From Nemertoderma westbladi (lineage: Eukaryota > Animalia > Xenacoelomorpha): 55,547 nucleotides of DNA. The notes beneath the pieces were generated by a model. That model ran no database searches and was not told the DNA's origin. It worked only from the letters and a program-made list of their open reading frames with translations. Both the position numbers and the translations under genes were made by a program. The number at the start of each line of letters is the position of its first letter. Position 1 is the first letter of the stretch. Below are positions 9,990-23,348 of this stretch, in pieces. The DNA is taken from positions 1 to 55,547 of the forward strand of contig JAUCBJ010000705.1 of assembly GCA_032718475.1 (NCBI GenBank), written 5' to 3'.

Positions 9990-11439
9990 TTAGTCTTTCT
10001 TGCACGGACGGCGTTTACGCAGTTTTTTAAAGCTAGCCAGAGTCCTTTTCTCTTTGGGGCGAGCCACTTTACAAGGAGGGCTATAACTCCTGGGTGAAGG
10101 GTGCAATATGATTGCATCAGAGGGTGTAGGATTATGGTCGGTGTATCCGCCAGTCGAAGTACCGGGTTGATTGACATCAACGTCAGGTGAGAGGGGTCTA
10201 ACGGCTTTGAGAGCTCGTTTCAAGACAGCCGCTCTTACGGGTCCTTTACGAGTGGTCTGAACGAGGGCCGTGGGTGGACCATAGGCAGTTAGAAACTTCC
10301 GGGGTTTAATGGTCCTTTCCAACTCGCGTTCGCGGGCTCGGTATTCGTAAGGCCTTCGATGTACTTCCTGCAACTCGGGGTGTGAGTTAACAAACAAGTC
10401 TCCATAGTCCGGATCCTGACGGATATAATTGATTAAGTTATAGGAATGAAGGTCGCTAGGATTAACACTCCTGAGAAATTTGCGTACGAATTTAGTTGAA
10501 ATACATTCTCCGACGCGCTTCAGTAGCTCGTAACTTGATATGCGTGATTTCTGTTCAACAGAAGCGAATAGATAAGGATGGAATGCATAAACTCCTTCGT
10601 AAGCGCGTCCGGGATAATAGCGATGGCGCGAATCACAATGTAAATCAGCGTTCGCTTCCCAAGCTCTGATGTAACGCAGTGTGATCATTTCATCTACGCT
10701 TTCCAAATCGTGATTAAAAGGGCAGTCGAAACTAGCATGTCCCTTTAGTTGACAATGGTGACATTGAGTCATAAATTGAGGGCAAACCGCAAAGATATGC
10801 AGGTTATTGAGTCTGCAATATGCGCAATAGATTTCCATAGTCGGTTGTTCTTGGAAATAGGAACAGCGGACGTTGGTGTCCATGGGCGTATCGTGGTCTC
10901 TCGATGCGCATAACCGACAACGTTGCCTAGAAACATAGTCGATAATCGTATGCAGTGAGACACTGTGGACCTTGATACCATTCTATGATGTAATCGTTGT
11001 CGCTGTTCCGGGGCGCGATAGGCTGAATCTCTTCAGATTCTAGACATATTGGTTCGTCTTCCAAGTGCATAGCTGAAGTGGGCGCGTCTGTCTCTTCAGG
11101 TGGACCTATTGTCTGAATTTCCACGACAGAATAACCTGTGGGGATTCGAGGTCTTTGTATAACAGAGGAGTGCAAGTTCGATATACAAATCTCTTTGAAA
11201 ATGGCGAATCCAGCGCTATCCAACTTCTCTGCAGCTGAGTTTCTTAGGCTGAGTTTGGTCAAAGCGCGGTCTTTAAATTGGCTATCCACGTTGCGGAACG
11301 GGGTTAAAAATCTCCGGAAACATTCGAAACGAAGTGGGACGAAGTATGCTATATTTTCGATAGCGATGTATAGAGGGATAAAGGGAGTAAAGAGGAGGGA
11401 GGATATATGGTAGTATCCATAAGATACCACAATGGACAT
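9990..11439 (-). pseudogene. BEL accessory gene 2: triple CCHC zinc-knuckle protein with a basic C-terminus (ORFs 10927-11439 and 9990-10883 are probably one gene)
   Basis: CAYC.....H....C and CHHC....H....C knuckles. Copy 2 has 8 extra nt (CCATGCCA) that join the two ORFs and add CRLC....H. Differences between copies in the knuckle region are synonymous. Confidence 0.75.
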
Positions 11440-11609
11440 GTTTCCGTCACATCATCATTCATTCTTGCCCTTTAATTGTGATACTGATCACAATAATTAC
11501 AGGAAAACGATGAAGGGAGAGAAATTACAGCCTCCCGAAGGAGACAGCCCGCGAGCACCCGTGCCCCGGGGAAAAACTATTCACATCATGGACCCTAGAC
11601 ATTAACCCA

Positions 11610-12260
11610 TTAACCCATGTCTCTTCTCCAGTGTTCTCCTCTATTTGTCTTTACAAGTTTTCTTCCACGTTCAAAACTATCCGGGATAACAGGTAGTGGA
11701 CGATCGGCGGTAAGATACATCATAGTGAAATAGAGCCGTTTGAGTTCTACCACAGGGTCGTGATGGATACCTTGAGGATATCGAGTCTCTAAGTTCTGCT
11801 GACTAGCGACGTTGAGATAGGTTTCTCTCAAAAATTCTAAGTATTCGTTGAAGTCGATGCGTTTATCTGGTTCTTCAACGTTTTCTCTTTCCAGTCTATT
11901 ACGAATAGAATTTTCGTGATCTATTCTCGGTTTATCGTTACGACTCCGCTGGGTATGATATTTAAATAGAACCATTTCCCTTTCTGTATCTACATCGTCC
12001 GTATCATGTAAATCGATAGGGTGGCCGGTCGTTAGGAAGTCCATATACGTACCATTACGATTCGTATAGCGAGTGGTGAATTTTCGATAGTCCAATTCAC
12101 TCTCCAATTGCTCTTGGGACATCGGCGGTTCGATATAACGACCATCGTCCTCCTTAATGGTTGGATTGGCTTCACCGCGTATTAAGCTATCCACAAATGC
12201 TTGTAAAGGTAGAGTATATCGCTCCCTAATACTAAGATCATCTTCTATCAACTCCGTCAT
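11610..12260 (-). CDS. BEL accessory gene 1, 216-aa charged protein of unknown function
   Basis: ATG-initiated ORF in the element sense between pol and the 3' LTR; N-terminal ~124 aa conserved in copy 2; no signal peptide or TM segment. Confidence 0.65.
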   Translation of the reverse strand: MTELIEDDLSIRERYTLPLQAFVDSLIRGEANPTIKEDDGRYIEPPMSQEQLESELDYRKFTTRYTNRNGTYMDFLTTGHPIDLHDTDDVDTEREMVLFKYHTQRSRNDKPRIDHENSIRNRLERENVEEPDKRIDFNEYLEFLRETYLNVASQQNLETRYPQGIHHDPVVELKRLYFTMMYLTADRPLPVIPDSFERGRKLVKTNRGEHWRRDMG

Positions 12261-13882
12261 ATCTGCTATCTGAGTTTATTAATATCAAATAAGTTTGTAT
12301 TTAGGCGAGCGGGCGTCGCTGCCTACTTCTCTTTGCCCCCGGACAGTGGGATTCTCAGCGCCGATGTACCGTCGTCGCGGTGTTTACGCCAACATGTAGC
12401 AACAGCACGACAACAATAACCGGCACAAGTCACTCCACTGTCCGTCCCAAAGGCTTGGATCCACTTAGGTTCTTTCTATAGGAGAGTTGGGCTATTTTTA
12501 CAATTGCGACTAGCTACTGTAAACATACTTTAGCAGTAACATTCACCTATAAACGCACAAATTCCACACAACTGTCAACAACTGCACACACACAGGCCAT
12601 TTGTCCGTTAGTCAGTGCCTTCCAGAATGTCACTTTATTACTGTGTATCCTTGGATACTAACAGTGTGCTATGTATTCTCTATGCTAGGCAATGGGACAA
12701 GCTTTCTATTGTTCTTTTAACTTGCTTCTAATTCTAGCGTGGGTGTTGCTATGGTGACATTATGGAATGCTAGCGGTAGAATTAGGGTAATTCTCATGCA
12801 TACAGATCTGGGATGCTATTTAATAATAATTCTTTAATTGTCAATATCCTCTTTATGCATGATTTTGTTAATTTTATCGGCTATTGACTATATGTTGGAG
12901 ATTCTCGCACTCTAATACTCAATAGGGTGAATCTCCGCTCCCATGATCTATTAATTAATGGAATTTTGGGAATGTTATAAATTGTACAAAATGACAATTT
13001 ATGAAATTCATTTAAAAATATGAATTTAAATTTATTCCCGTGAATTTTATTATTTGATGTTAAAATTGACACAATTTGATTCCAGAGCAGGTCTGGGGAC
13101 ATAGGATCCTTAATTCTATGAAATTTGTCTTTTAAGAGTATTGGGAAGTGCTACGATATCTTAATCGACTAGAATTGTTAACGGATCTGAATTTTACAGA
13201 TTTTAATAAATATTAAATTAATATTTAAGATGGGCACCGATTTATTCCAGAACTTGTCTGGGGACATTAACCACTGATTCTAGAATTTGTCTTTCAAGTA
13301 TATCGGTGGGTGCTGCGATATCTTAATCGACTAGAATTACAGATGGTCAAAAGGTTTAACAGATTTATTTGCGTTTTACGCTACTGTTAGAGGGACATCT
13401 CGCTACTATATGTATTATTTAATATAAGGTAGAAGAGCAATATCGCACGAAGCAATGTCAGTGTGAAGAGGCAAGTCGTTTCCAAGGTCTACCCAGAGCT
13501 TGGCTTAGCCGAGACACGAGGATCTGAACTTTGCATTCCTAATACTCTGCCTACCGATAATACTTGAATATAGTAGTGGCTTTATTGTACTTTAATAAGT
13601 ACGGACATTTCCTCTTACTGTAGTCACGTATTTATAATATGATACGGACAGTAAGGAAAGAGAAAAAATTATTTCTCGCCGTCGCACTAAATATATATTA
13701 TAAGTAATTACGTACGTAATAAACACTAATATATTGCACTAATCTACTAAATAATCACTAAAATAACATTCTACTAAATAAAATTGAATAAAAACGATTA
13801 TAATAAAGTATATAATAAAGTTCGCATATAAAATATAATAAAATAGATAAAACAATATAGTCATACACCCACTCCAGACGTA

Positions 13883-16800
13883 TCACGTTAGGGAGTCCCT
13901 AGATGTTTGAGGAATTAGGGAGGTGGTCGTGGGAAGAGTGTCTTGCCTTCCATAGTTTCCAGAGAGTTCTCTGTCTCTTTCCAGTAAACATAAACGACCA
14001 ACTGGGCGATTGAGTTGTTGCGTCTCAAAGATGATGCCTGGCTTCTTGAAGTTACGCTGCATGACGATGAGTTCTACCGAGCGTACTAAACCATCATCTG
14101 AGATGTGTGTCTCGATGATACGACCTGTCTGCCACCGTTTACGTGGGAGGTCTGGATCTACAATAAGCACCATATCTCCGGCGCTGACGTTTTCTTGCTG
14201 CGCAAACCACTTAGTTCGAAGTTGTAGCGTGGGCAGATAATGTTTCTCGAAATGGTCAGCGAAACGACGGGATAGCAACTGCATAAGTTGCCAAGTTCGA
14301 CGGCAGTATTCGTCTCCGTCGGCAATCTCCGATCGTGGGAGCATGGCTACAGGTTTCTTCAGTAGGAAGTGCGCGGGTGTTAGCGCTTCCAGGGAATCGG
14401 GACTCGATGAGACTGGCATAAGCGGTCTTTCGTTGAGATAGGCAGCGATTTCCTCCATTAACGTCCGCAAAAGTTCGTCGGTGAGATACGCGCGGCATGG
14501 CACTATAAAGTGAAATGCGGTTTTGACACTTCGAATTAATCTCTCCCAACTTCCTCCCCACCAAGGGGCGTCGGCAGCGTTGAAGGTCCAGCTAGACGCT
14601 GTTATCCTTAGCTGGTCGTCCACCTGTCTTTGGTTCCAGTCCTTCACGTAAGCCTGTATCTCGTTGTTGGCACCTATGAAGTTCGTTCCTTTATCCGATC
14701 TAATGGTATTACTCGTCCCGAAGCGAGCGATCTGTCGTCGTAAACTTAAGACGAAGCTGTTAGTAGATAGATCGTTCACCATATCGAGATGGATGGCTCT
14801 ACAAGTCATGCACACGAAGATGACACACCATCTCTTGACTATAGTCCTCGTACGATATACTTCAATAGGGCCAAATAAATCTACACCAGTATTAGTAAAA
14901 GGTGGTTCATAGAAGCTTACTCGTTCCCTAGGTAATTCTGCCTCTCGCTGTGTTAAAGGCCTACTGAATGCTTTCCTACAGGGTATGCAGTTCCTAAGAA
15001 CTTGGTTCAGAGCTCTACGGGGTTTATCAAAATAATAGCGAGTTCGAATTTCGCTAAGAATTCGTTCTCTACCAGCATGATAAAGTTTACCGTGAACGTC
15101 TACAATCATCTTGATTTGTACTTCAAGATTTCTAATAAGTATGGGGAATTTGGTGTCAAAGGATAAGGGCGCGTTGGTGAGTCTTCCTCCAACACGTATT
15201 AACCCATCTATCATTGTGCTCGAGAATCGATCCCTTAAGCGCATCTGCGGATTTCTCAACAACAGGAAGTACTTTTCGGAATCCTCATAGCATTGCAGGA
15301 GTCTCAGTATCTGCTTATTTGTTTCTTCATGCTCCTGGTGACTAATTTTCTCTTTTAGAAAACGATCAGATATCTTATATTTGGGTAAATTCTTAATAAC
15401 ATGAACTTGTGCAGATGTCAATGGAGCGTGATCACTAGTGGTCTTCGTCCTGGAGTAGTGATGATGAAAACATCGTCTTAAATATGTGACGGCTTTACAG
15501 AGCCGATTCCAGGAACTGTAATGATGCATTGCTCTCTGCAGCATGGGTGAGATTCCTTGCGAGACGTCTGGTATTCCAGATTTCCAATCTTTATCTCTAA
15601 TTTCCACAACAGACTTATTTGTGTTGATGGATTGTGGATCCGAAGCATCATTCCCGGAAGTAGGTAATACAGATAGATCGATAGTCGGTTTAAATAACTT
15701 CGATTTACTCGCCCGGGTTTTAGGTTTGACTGTCTCCGCTCCCTTGGCTTATCTAATCTCTGCCGTAGTAAGGTGAGGAGGCCATTCATCCTCTTCCTTG
15801 CTCAGGAAGTCGGGTCCATCCAACCAATCTGGAGTATCTATCAGTTCCTGTGGAGTTGCTCCCCTGGAGGCGATATCGGCTGGATTAATCGTACCAGGGC
15901 AATGTCTCCATTGATCTATCTTTGTGCGACTAAGAATAATAGCTACTCGGTTAGTAACAAAAACGCTAAACTGACAGACTTCATTGGTTAGATACTCTAA
16001 CACGAGTAAAGCGTCGGTCCAATAAACCGTTTTCTCCAGTGGATAGTCGATTTGTTCCGTTACGTTCCGGCCGATGGCTGTAGCGTATAAAGCCGCCTTT
16101 AACTCCGCTCGAGGAACCTTTAACTTGTTGTTAATCAATGCCTTAGAGGTAACCAAGGCGACTTTGATTCCATCCGGGGTTTCGACTCGCAGATATGCTA
16201 CTATACCTATTCCCATGTCGCTGGCGTCTCCAAACACATGGAGTTGATAGGAATACGTAGGAAGAACATGGCCAAAATATGCACGGGAAATTATAAAGTT
16301 CTCGATGGCAGGTAGAGAATCTTCCCATTTCATCCATTTCTTTAACAATTCCCCTTTAAGCGGATCGTCCCATGAGTGGTTTTCAAGCCACATTTGTTGT
16401 ACTAAACTCCGAGCAATCAATATAACTGGGCTAATAAATCCCAATGGGTCGAAATAAGTGCTCAGGATACTTAAACAAATCCGTTTGGTCCGAACTGGAT
16501 TATCTCGCTGTTTTTACTGAAAAAACAGGATGTCTCTTTCAGTGTCCCACTTCAAGCCAAGCGTCTTGGTTTCAGGAAGATCGTCCTTTATTAAATCTAG
16601 GTCTTTCGCTCCGCGATCTTCTACCGGTATGGCTTCCAGAAACTCACGGGAGTTGCTAGTGAATTTCGTCAGTCGAAATCCACCTCTTTTCAAACACTCT
16701 ACCGTTCCTTTCGCGACAGCTATGGCTTCTTCTACTGATGGAAGGGACCTTAAATTGTCGTCCATGTATATATTGCGTTTTATGTTGTCTATCACTTCTT

Positions 16801-18307
16801 TTGAGAAGGAGTCTCGGTTGTCATTCGCAGTGGTTCGCACCACGGAGCAGGCGTTGGAAGGGCTTGATATGATCCCAAAAGCCTGGATGGTCATCCAGTA
16901 CTCTACCGGTTTCTGGTTGAGGTCTCCTTCAGGCCACCACAGAAATCTCAGGCTGTCTCTATCTCTATCCAGCGCCTTGACTTATAAGAACATTCCTTCT
17001 ATATCAGAGGCGAACGCGATGGAATATTGTCTTAATCTTAAAAGTATTCCCAACAAAGATTGGAGTAAGTTGGGTCCTGGTAACAACTCGGAATTGAGGG
17101 ATTGGCCCATATATAAAGCAGAGCCATCAAATACGACTCGTACTTCATGAGGTTTACCGGGTTTGGGAACGTAATGATGTGTTAAATAATACGTTCTCTC
17201 AGTCACTGGTGTTCCTTCCGGTACTCGCTCCGCGTATCCCTTTGTTATAAATTTCTTCAGCTGAGTTTGGTACATTTCTTTCGCTGAAGCGTTAGCTGTA
17301 AGTCGTCGATGTAATTGAGCGATTCTTTTCTCTGCCAAAGGTCTGTTATTTATAAATCTAGGTTCTCGTTTTCGAAATGGTAGGCCGATTTCATATCTAC
17401 CTTGATCCTTTAAAAAACGTGTAGTTGTTTCCTGGATTTGCTTGGCTCTTTCTTCTTCTATCGATAGAGCCTTATCATATGAATTGGGCTCTACCAGTTC
17501 CTGAGTAAAGAATCGTACGGCTAGTTCGTCCCGAGTTCTAGCGTTGTAGCGCTCTATCTCATCGTTTAGTTCGTCATTGTAAGCGATGGGTTCCGATGGG
17601 TGAATCAGTTGACATAGGTTCACCTGACTTTTCCAAGTTTGGTTTTCTGTAAGTAGGTCGATTGTGTTCTCTTCATCGAAGAGTTGGTAGATGTCGTCAT
17701 TATCTGAGGAGTATGGTGTTCCCTCAGTTAGTTCGTCCACCTCACTGCTCTCCACTTCCCAATCGTGTACTTGGTATGTTTGTTCTTGTGGCATTCTCTC
17801 TTCGAGAGTCCTGCGGGAAGGGCCAGTAAAGTACCAACCTACTCTAGTTCTTACTGCATAGGTTTGCAGTGGCTGTGGTTGAGCAGGCCGTTTCTCCAAT
17901 GTTTCGAGCGCCTCATGCGCGTTTTGGCCGATGAGTATTTGCACTCCAGGATAATCTGTCTGGAATCGAGGTATCTTAAGATGTTGGATGCTCTCGTCCT
18001 CGTCCCAATCATAAAGGTCTGCTTGAGTAGTAGCGAAGTTCTTTATAGCCACCATTTTTACCGACCTTATACCTTGTGTTCCTAACTTATCCTGGGGGGT
18101 GGACAACACACCTACATAGTAATCTGCCGTTAAGGTAGATTTCCAAACCTGCATAATTCCTGACATATTCAATTTAGTCCGGAACTTGGGTTGTCCAGCA
18201 AAGATATCTTCGGCTAGTTCTTGATCGATGAATGTTCCTGTGCTGCCAGAGTCAAGGAGGGCGTTCACTATGTAACTTTTGTTAAGACCGTGAACTCTTA
18301 CCTGCAC
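13883..18307 (-). pseudogene. pol: BEL pol region: protease, reverse transcriptase, RNase H, integrase
   Basis: ALLDSGS; VRVVFD, ASDIEGMF, YMDD; VFGDAS, WTD, NPADIASRG; HAG..CIPC, GVDLFGP, SDKGTNF, WGGSWERL. Broken by stops at 16982 and 15749 and a frameshift near 16515. Confidence 0.95.
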
Positions 18308-21300
18308 TACAGGAAATTCTCTGATTCCTACGTTGGAAGTTGGAGCTTTCCAAGATGGTTGTTTGGCAAAAGTAGTTGGGGGAAACTCATTGTTGGTGTC
18401 CTTTCATAAGTAAGTGCTCGATACACTGCGGTATTGATTAGATAACAGGATTCGGTGGCGTCGGAGAATTCGTCAGTATAGAATCCTTCCATCTCAGACT
18501 CCTGATCAGTGTCATTTACATCACTGAATTGGACATGTAGTTCGGGCTCACTTACCTGACTCTGTTTATCTCGTTCGAACTCACTGTGTAACAAGATGTG
18601 ATGTTTCGCGCCACACTTTGCACACTTTATGTCGGAGTAACAGGTTCGCCGTTGGTGTCCTGGTCTGAGGCAATTATAGCATAACCGCTTGTCCCATACG
18701 ACTGCACGTCTGTCTACAAGGGATTTCTTTAGAAATTCAGCACACGCACTCAAACGGTGGGTCCCGTCGCACAGCGTACAGTTAGGTTTTATGTTACTCA
18801 CTTTACCTTGGGTAACTTGATGCACTCTCGTTTTTTCTTCGGGTTTTCTTCGGTGCATTCTGTTAGGAGACTGAGGAGGGGTCTTGGCAACCTGTTCTCT
18901 CCTATCGTTGTTTCGAGCCTTGTATTTACTTACATCTTTTGAGGTTTTGTCAACGTAGTAAGATCTCTCAGTGTCTTTCCCGCTGTCCTCTTCTTGAGAA
19001 ACTTGGCTTTCGCCGTCGTCAGTGTAACACACCAGTGTTATTCTTCTCCTAGAAGCGGGTTTCTCACTTACCTTATTTTCCGATGTTTTCTCTCTGGACT
19101 GCTTGATGAGTTGTAGTTTTACTTCACCATCTAAGAAGGACATGAGATCAGCCATGGTAGGACTTCGTCGTTGTTGTTCATTCATGTACAACACTTTCTT
19201 GTCCCAGCGTGTACATACTCCACCCTTTGGTAAAGTAGAGACTACGGCTCCAATAACCATTGAACTCTGATATTCATGAGACTTACCTAACCAGTCCAAT
19301 TGTCTACAGATCTCTTGAATCTCATCGGAAAACTCTATAATCCCGCTACTAAGGAAGTGTCGGGGGGCTACTAATTTTGCATACAAATACTTAGCTATGT
19401 TATCCTTGTTACCATACCTGATGTTTAATGTATCCCATACTTGTCTTAATCCTTCTGGATGTCCAATAAACTTTAACGCCATTAACTTGGGAGGTCCTTC
19501 CAAGCACTTGATGAGGAACCTAAGTTTCTCTCCGTTAGATAGTACAGAGTTCTGTATGCTGTCTTTGTAATATTCGTTGAAAGGTAACCACTTCATCTCA
19601 TCCCCATTGAATTTGACGATCTCTCCCACTTTGACCGCTTGGCGGGCTTCTGTTCTAGCCATCTGACGCGTAAAGCTTTCTTGGGCCATCGTGTTATTTA
19701 ATATCGAATTATCGGTATATAAATTTCTCGGATCATTATCAGGTCTATAGGGAATATCATTAATAACAGGTCTATAATCACCCTTAATAGGGTTTGCTAT
19801 AGGAGTTTCTACTTCACTAGCAGTATAGATGCGTGTAGGCTCCACACCCCGCGCATGCAACACCTCAGACTAAACAGGTTGACACAATGTTACAGGGGGT
19901 ATTGGTATGCCCTTTTGTATATTGACTAACTTGTCGCGTTCCAGTGCGATACTTTGCTGCACTTCTTGCAACTCTGCTCTACCTTCCCTTACTGTTCCCT
20001 TAAGCTGGTGGACAGTCTCCTGCATCTGTCCGAGCAGGAGATTCATCCCCCGCCGTCCCTCCTCTACCCACTCGACCGCCAAAGCGGGAGTCGCCAACAT
20101 TGTAGCGGGCTGACGTGGGACGACGGGAGACAAATCTTTGATTTCTCTCTCAGCTTCCAGGACAGGAATATTCTCATGGACTGTTCTACCGGGTACAGGC
20201 AGTGTAGTACTGTGTAAAGGGAACTTAGAGTTAAGCTCTGGAAGTACAGGGGTCTCTAGCACAGGTGTGACTTTTGGAACGACAGGCCTAATTATTTCAG
20301 GCTCATCAACTATTGTTGGGAGTCTTTTGACCTGAATAGTTTGGTATGTGGATACCGTACTACCTAAGTCTGCGCTAGCTAGCTGTCTTCTAACAGCTGG
20401 GGGCAAATCAGGCAATTTGTGAGCTGTTTTTCTACGCCTGCTTAGACGAGATCTATTTCCTCCGCCTTCAGGATCGGTGGTTTCGCTTTCCTCCGATGAT
20501 GTGTATCCCTGGCGTTTGGGAGTAGATCGTCTCATCATCTGCATTTGACTAGCAGTTAACTGTTTATTTATGTTGTCTTGCGTCTCTTGCAGATTTTCCA
20601 ACTCCAGTTGGGTAGTCTGCTCAGACGCTCTCCGTTCTGCTTCTGCCACTGCCCTTTCCGCCTTTGCTTCTGCCGCCGCTGCCTTTCTTTTTGCTTCTGC
20701 TTCTGCCGCTGCTGCCCTTGCTGCTATTCCTTCTGCTTCTACTTCTGCCGCCGCTGCTTTTCTTTCTGCTTCTACTTCTGCCGCCGCTGCTTTTCTTTCT
20801 GCTTCTGCTTCTGCCGTAGCTGCCGCCTTTTGTTCCTCTATCCATCTTTTCTTTACTTTTTCTTCTTGGACTCTAGCAAGGCGGAGTTTTTCATCAAATT
20901 CTGCTTGGTTAGCAGCTAACATTTCAGCATCGATCGAATCTAACACACGCTGGGTTCCTTCACTATTGGGGGAAAGTCCAGACAGCCGTCTCCTCAACTC
21001 TTCGTCTCCTAGGAATCGCTGATAGTCGGACAGATAAATGTCTATGGCGTCTCTCGTTCGTGGTTTCTCTGAGGTCTCTTCGCCTTCCACTTGAGAAAGG
21101 GTGGCCTCGGTTGGTTCTTCATAAGTTAGTCTCTCAGACAGCTGGGATTTCCACTGGTCCGTTTCTTGTACTTTGCAACCTACCCGCTGGAACCAAGTTT
21201 TGACAGCAACCTGCAGCGACGTGTCCTGTCTTCTTTTGGAAGTTTCCTCAAAAGCTGATAAGATTAGTCGAATGCGTAGGGTTCTTTCGCGTACTTGATA

Positions 21301-22004
21301 TAGCAGTTCTTCCTGCTCTTGAGGTCCTAGGGGTTGTCGAAACAGTTGTTCTTCTAATCGCTCTAAGGAGCCGAAGAATCCCTGCACATATCCTGCTGCC
21401 GACCTCTTCCAAACAGCTGGATCCATCGTATCTTTAGCCACTCCCATCCTGTATATATCTTCCCAAGTAGCCTCGGACAGATCTAATGGGAGTCCGGGTC
21501 CGGGAAAGTTCCATTGTGACTCGACAATAGACATCAATTCTTCCCTGGCGTATCCCGCATAATTATCTTGGGTCGCTCGCTTATTTCTCACCCAATCTGC
21601 TTGATGTTCCTCCACCGCAATCATATAGTTGTTAGCACTGCGGCAGGAAGGGTGAGAAGGGGGTCCGAGTAGGCTTTAGCCGTCGTCTGCACTCCGCGTT
21701 CGGGGGTCAGCTCTACAGTATCCGAACTACTGGAGCTATCGGATCGCTGGGAACAAGTTTCTTGACTAGGATGTTGCTGCCGTTGGACAGCTGCTTCCTG
21801 GTTCCGTTTGACTTGGGCCCGAGTGCCGATGATAGACCTACGGTGTTGGATTAGCTTAGGGTCTGATACTACTACTGGAGGGATGACCTTTCTTTCAGTA
21901 GGAGGTGAGCTGAACTCCTTTCTTAATCGCTCAACACTCCTATCTGTGTCACAGATGGTTGTATCGATTAGGCTGTCTGACAGGTTTTGCTGAGTGTCAG
22001 ACAT
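18308..22004 (-). pseudogene. gag: BEL gag region with a long coiled-coil N-terminal extension
   Basis: FNGD...W..F capsid-like domain and three BEL knuckles (CTLCDGTH, CYNCLRPGH, CAKCGAKHHILLH). Frameshifts near 21624 and 18400 and a stop at 19870; copy 2 shows gag and PR in one frame. Confidence 0.9.
20634..20826 (-). repeat. Coding minisatellite (~33-bp units) encoding an Ala/Glu helix
   Basis: Repeats of KAAAAEVEAER in the gag N-terminal extension. Confidence 0.8.
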
Positions 22005-23348
22005 GTTTAGCTATACAGTTGAATGCTTACTGCTATAGTTACAGTTAAAGCAAGTCTAGTAATTCAGTATGACCGTTGGCCTAGTACCGGTAATTTATTG
22101 CAGTATATTAGAATACCGGTATGCACTTATAATATATATAAGTATTGTAAACTAGTTTTGTCACAGAGTACCGGTATATAAATTTAGCACAAATATATAT
22201 AAATATATAATAGGCCTATCGTGAATACCGGTATACAGCTTACACTTATAGTATATATAAGTATAATTATGAACTAGAATTATTACAGAATACCGGTATG
22301 ATTTCAGCTCAAATTTATAGAAATAAATATAATAAGCCTATGGTAAATACCGGTATGTCAATTATTTTAGAATAATTGAATTTCTGAATATTTTAGGGTT
22401 ACTTGGTTACTTTAACTTACTTTATTACCGTTATTTAAGCAGTAGTCCAACTGATATTGAGACCTAGTTGTTGTATGGCAGGCCTACTATTTATAAATCA
22501 TTTGAGTTGATTTATAATAGATATATACCCGTTTAAAAGGGGTTTTGTCTATATTTGAAATAAATGTTATTATTTCTGGGGGGTCACTACACAGAAGCTG
22601 TGCGCCCTCAGTGAAGTGCTATTTATTTGACACTAAAACTGATAATTCTAATTTACCTAAGTTACTTAATACTACAAATTACTTACGATACGGGTGAGAT
22701 TAATTCTCTAATTAAACACAGCAAAAAATATTACGTACGAATTTTTAGGGTAATTTTACAGGAAGTCTACAAACCAGTCTAACAAAGGGTTAGAATTCGG
22801 TTTATTACAACGGACAGGGTACTACAGTATTTGAAAATAATAAGTAGTAGTAAATATATTGCACTGTCCAGATAGGAAAATACCACCGCCTGACGACCTA
22901 TAACCGTATCGCTATAGGTACTACGTTATGTATCACGGAGTGTTCCTACCTAGAAGTTAATTACCGCGGACTACCAGATCCAGCGTGCCTATTAACCACT
23001 TTACAACACAAATATACTGCCCACACACTAATTACTTTCGGAAAGCACTGTACACTAAACCCTAAATTAGGTACAAGTACTAGTACAACAAATAATCAGT
23101 AGTTAAATATACTTGAACAGTTAAAAGAACCACGGCATCTGCTGGAGTGACCAGAGCACAAAGTCACCAGTCTTGTCCTACGCCAAGCAGCCCGTGTAGT
23201 ACCGGGGTTAATTTAACTATAACGGTATGTATAACAAACACAATTACTGTAGGAATAAACTTGGGGACATGAATGTTGCGAATAATCGCATAAACTCTGA
23301 ATAATAAATATTACGCTACCCGTACAGAATACTCAAACAAAATACAGA

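Noticed and set aside
9990-12260. env gene of the BEL element
   Set aside because: No clear signal peptide, fusion-protein Cys pattern or C-terminal TM anchor; the products look soluble or nuclear.
18328-18420. Programmed gag-pol frameshift
   Set aside because: Copy 2 has one more base in the homopolymer and reads through in frame, so this is a mutation or sequencing error.
20570-21022. Ala/Ser-rich and Cys/Phe-rich + strand ORFs
   Set aside because: Antisense shadows of the gag coding minisatellite.
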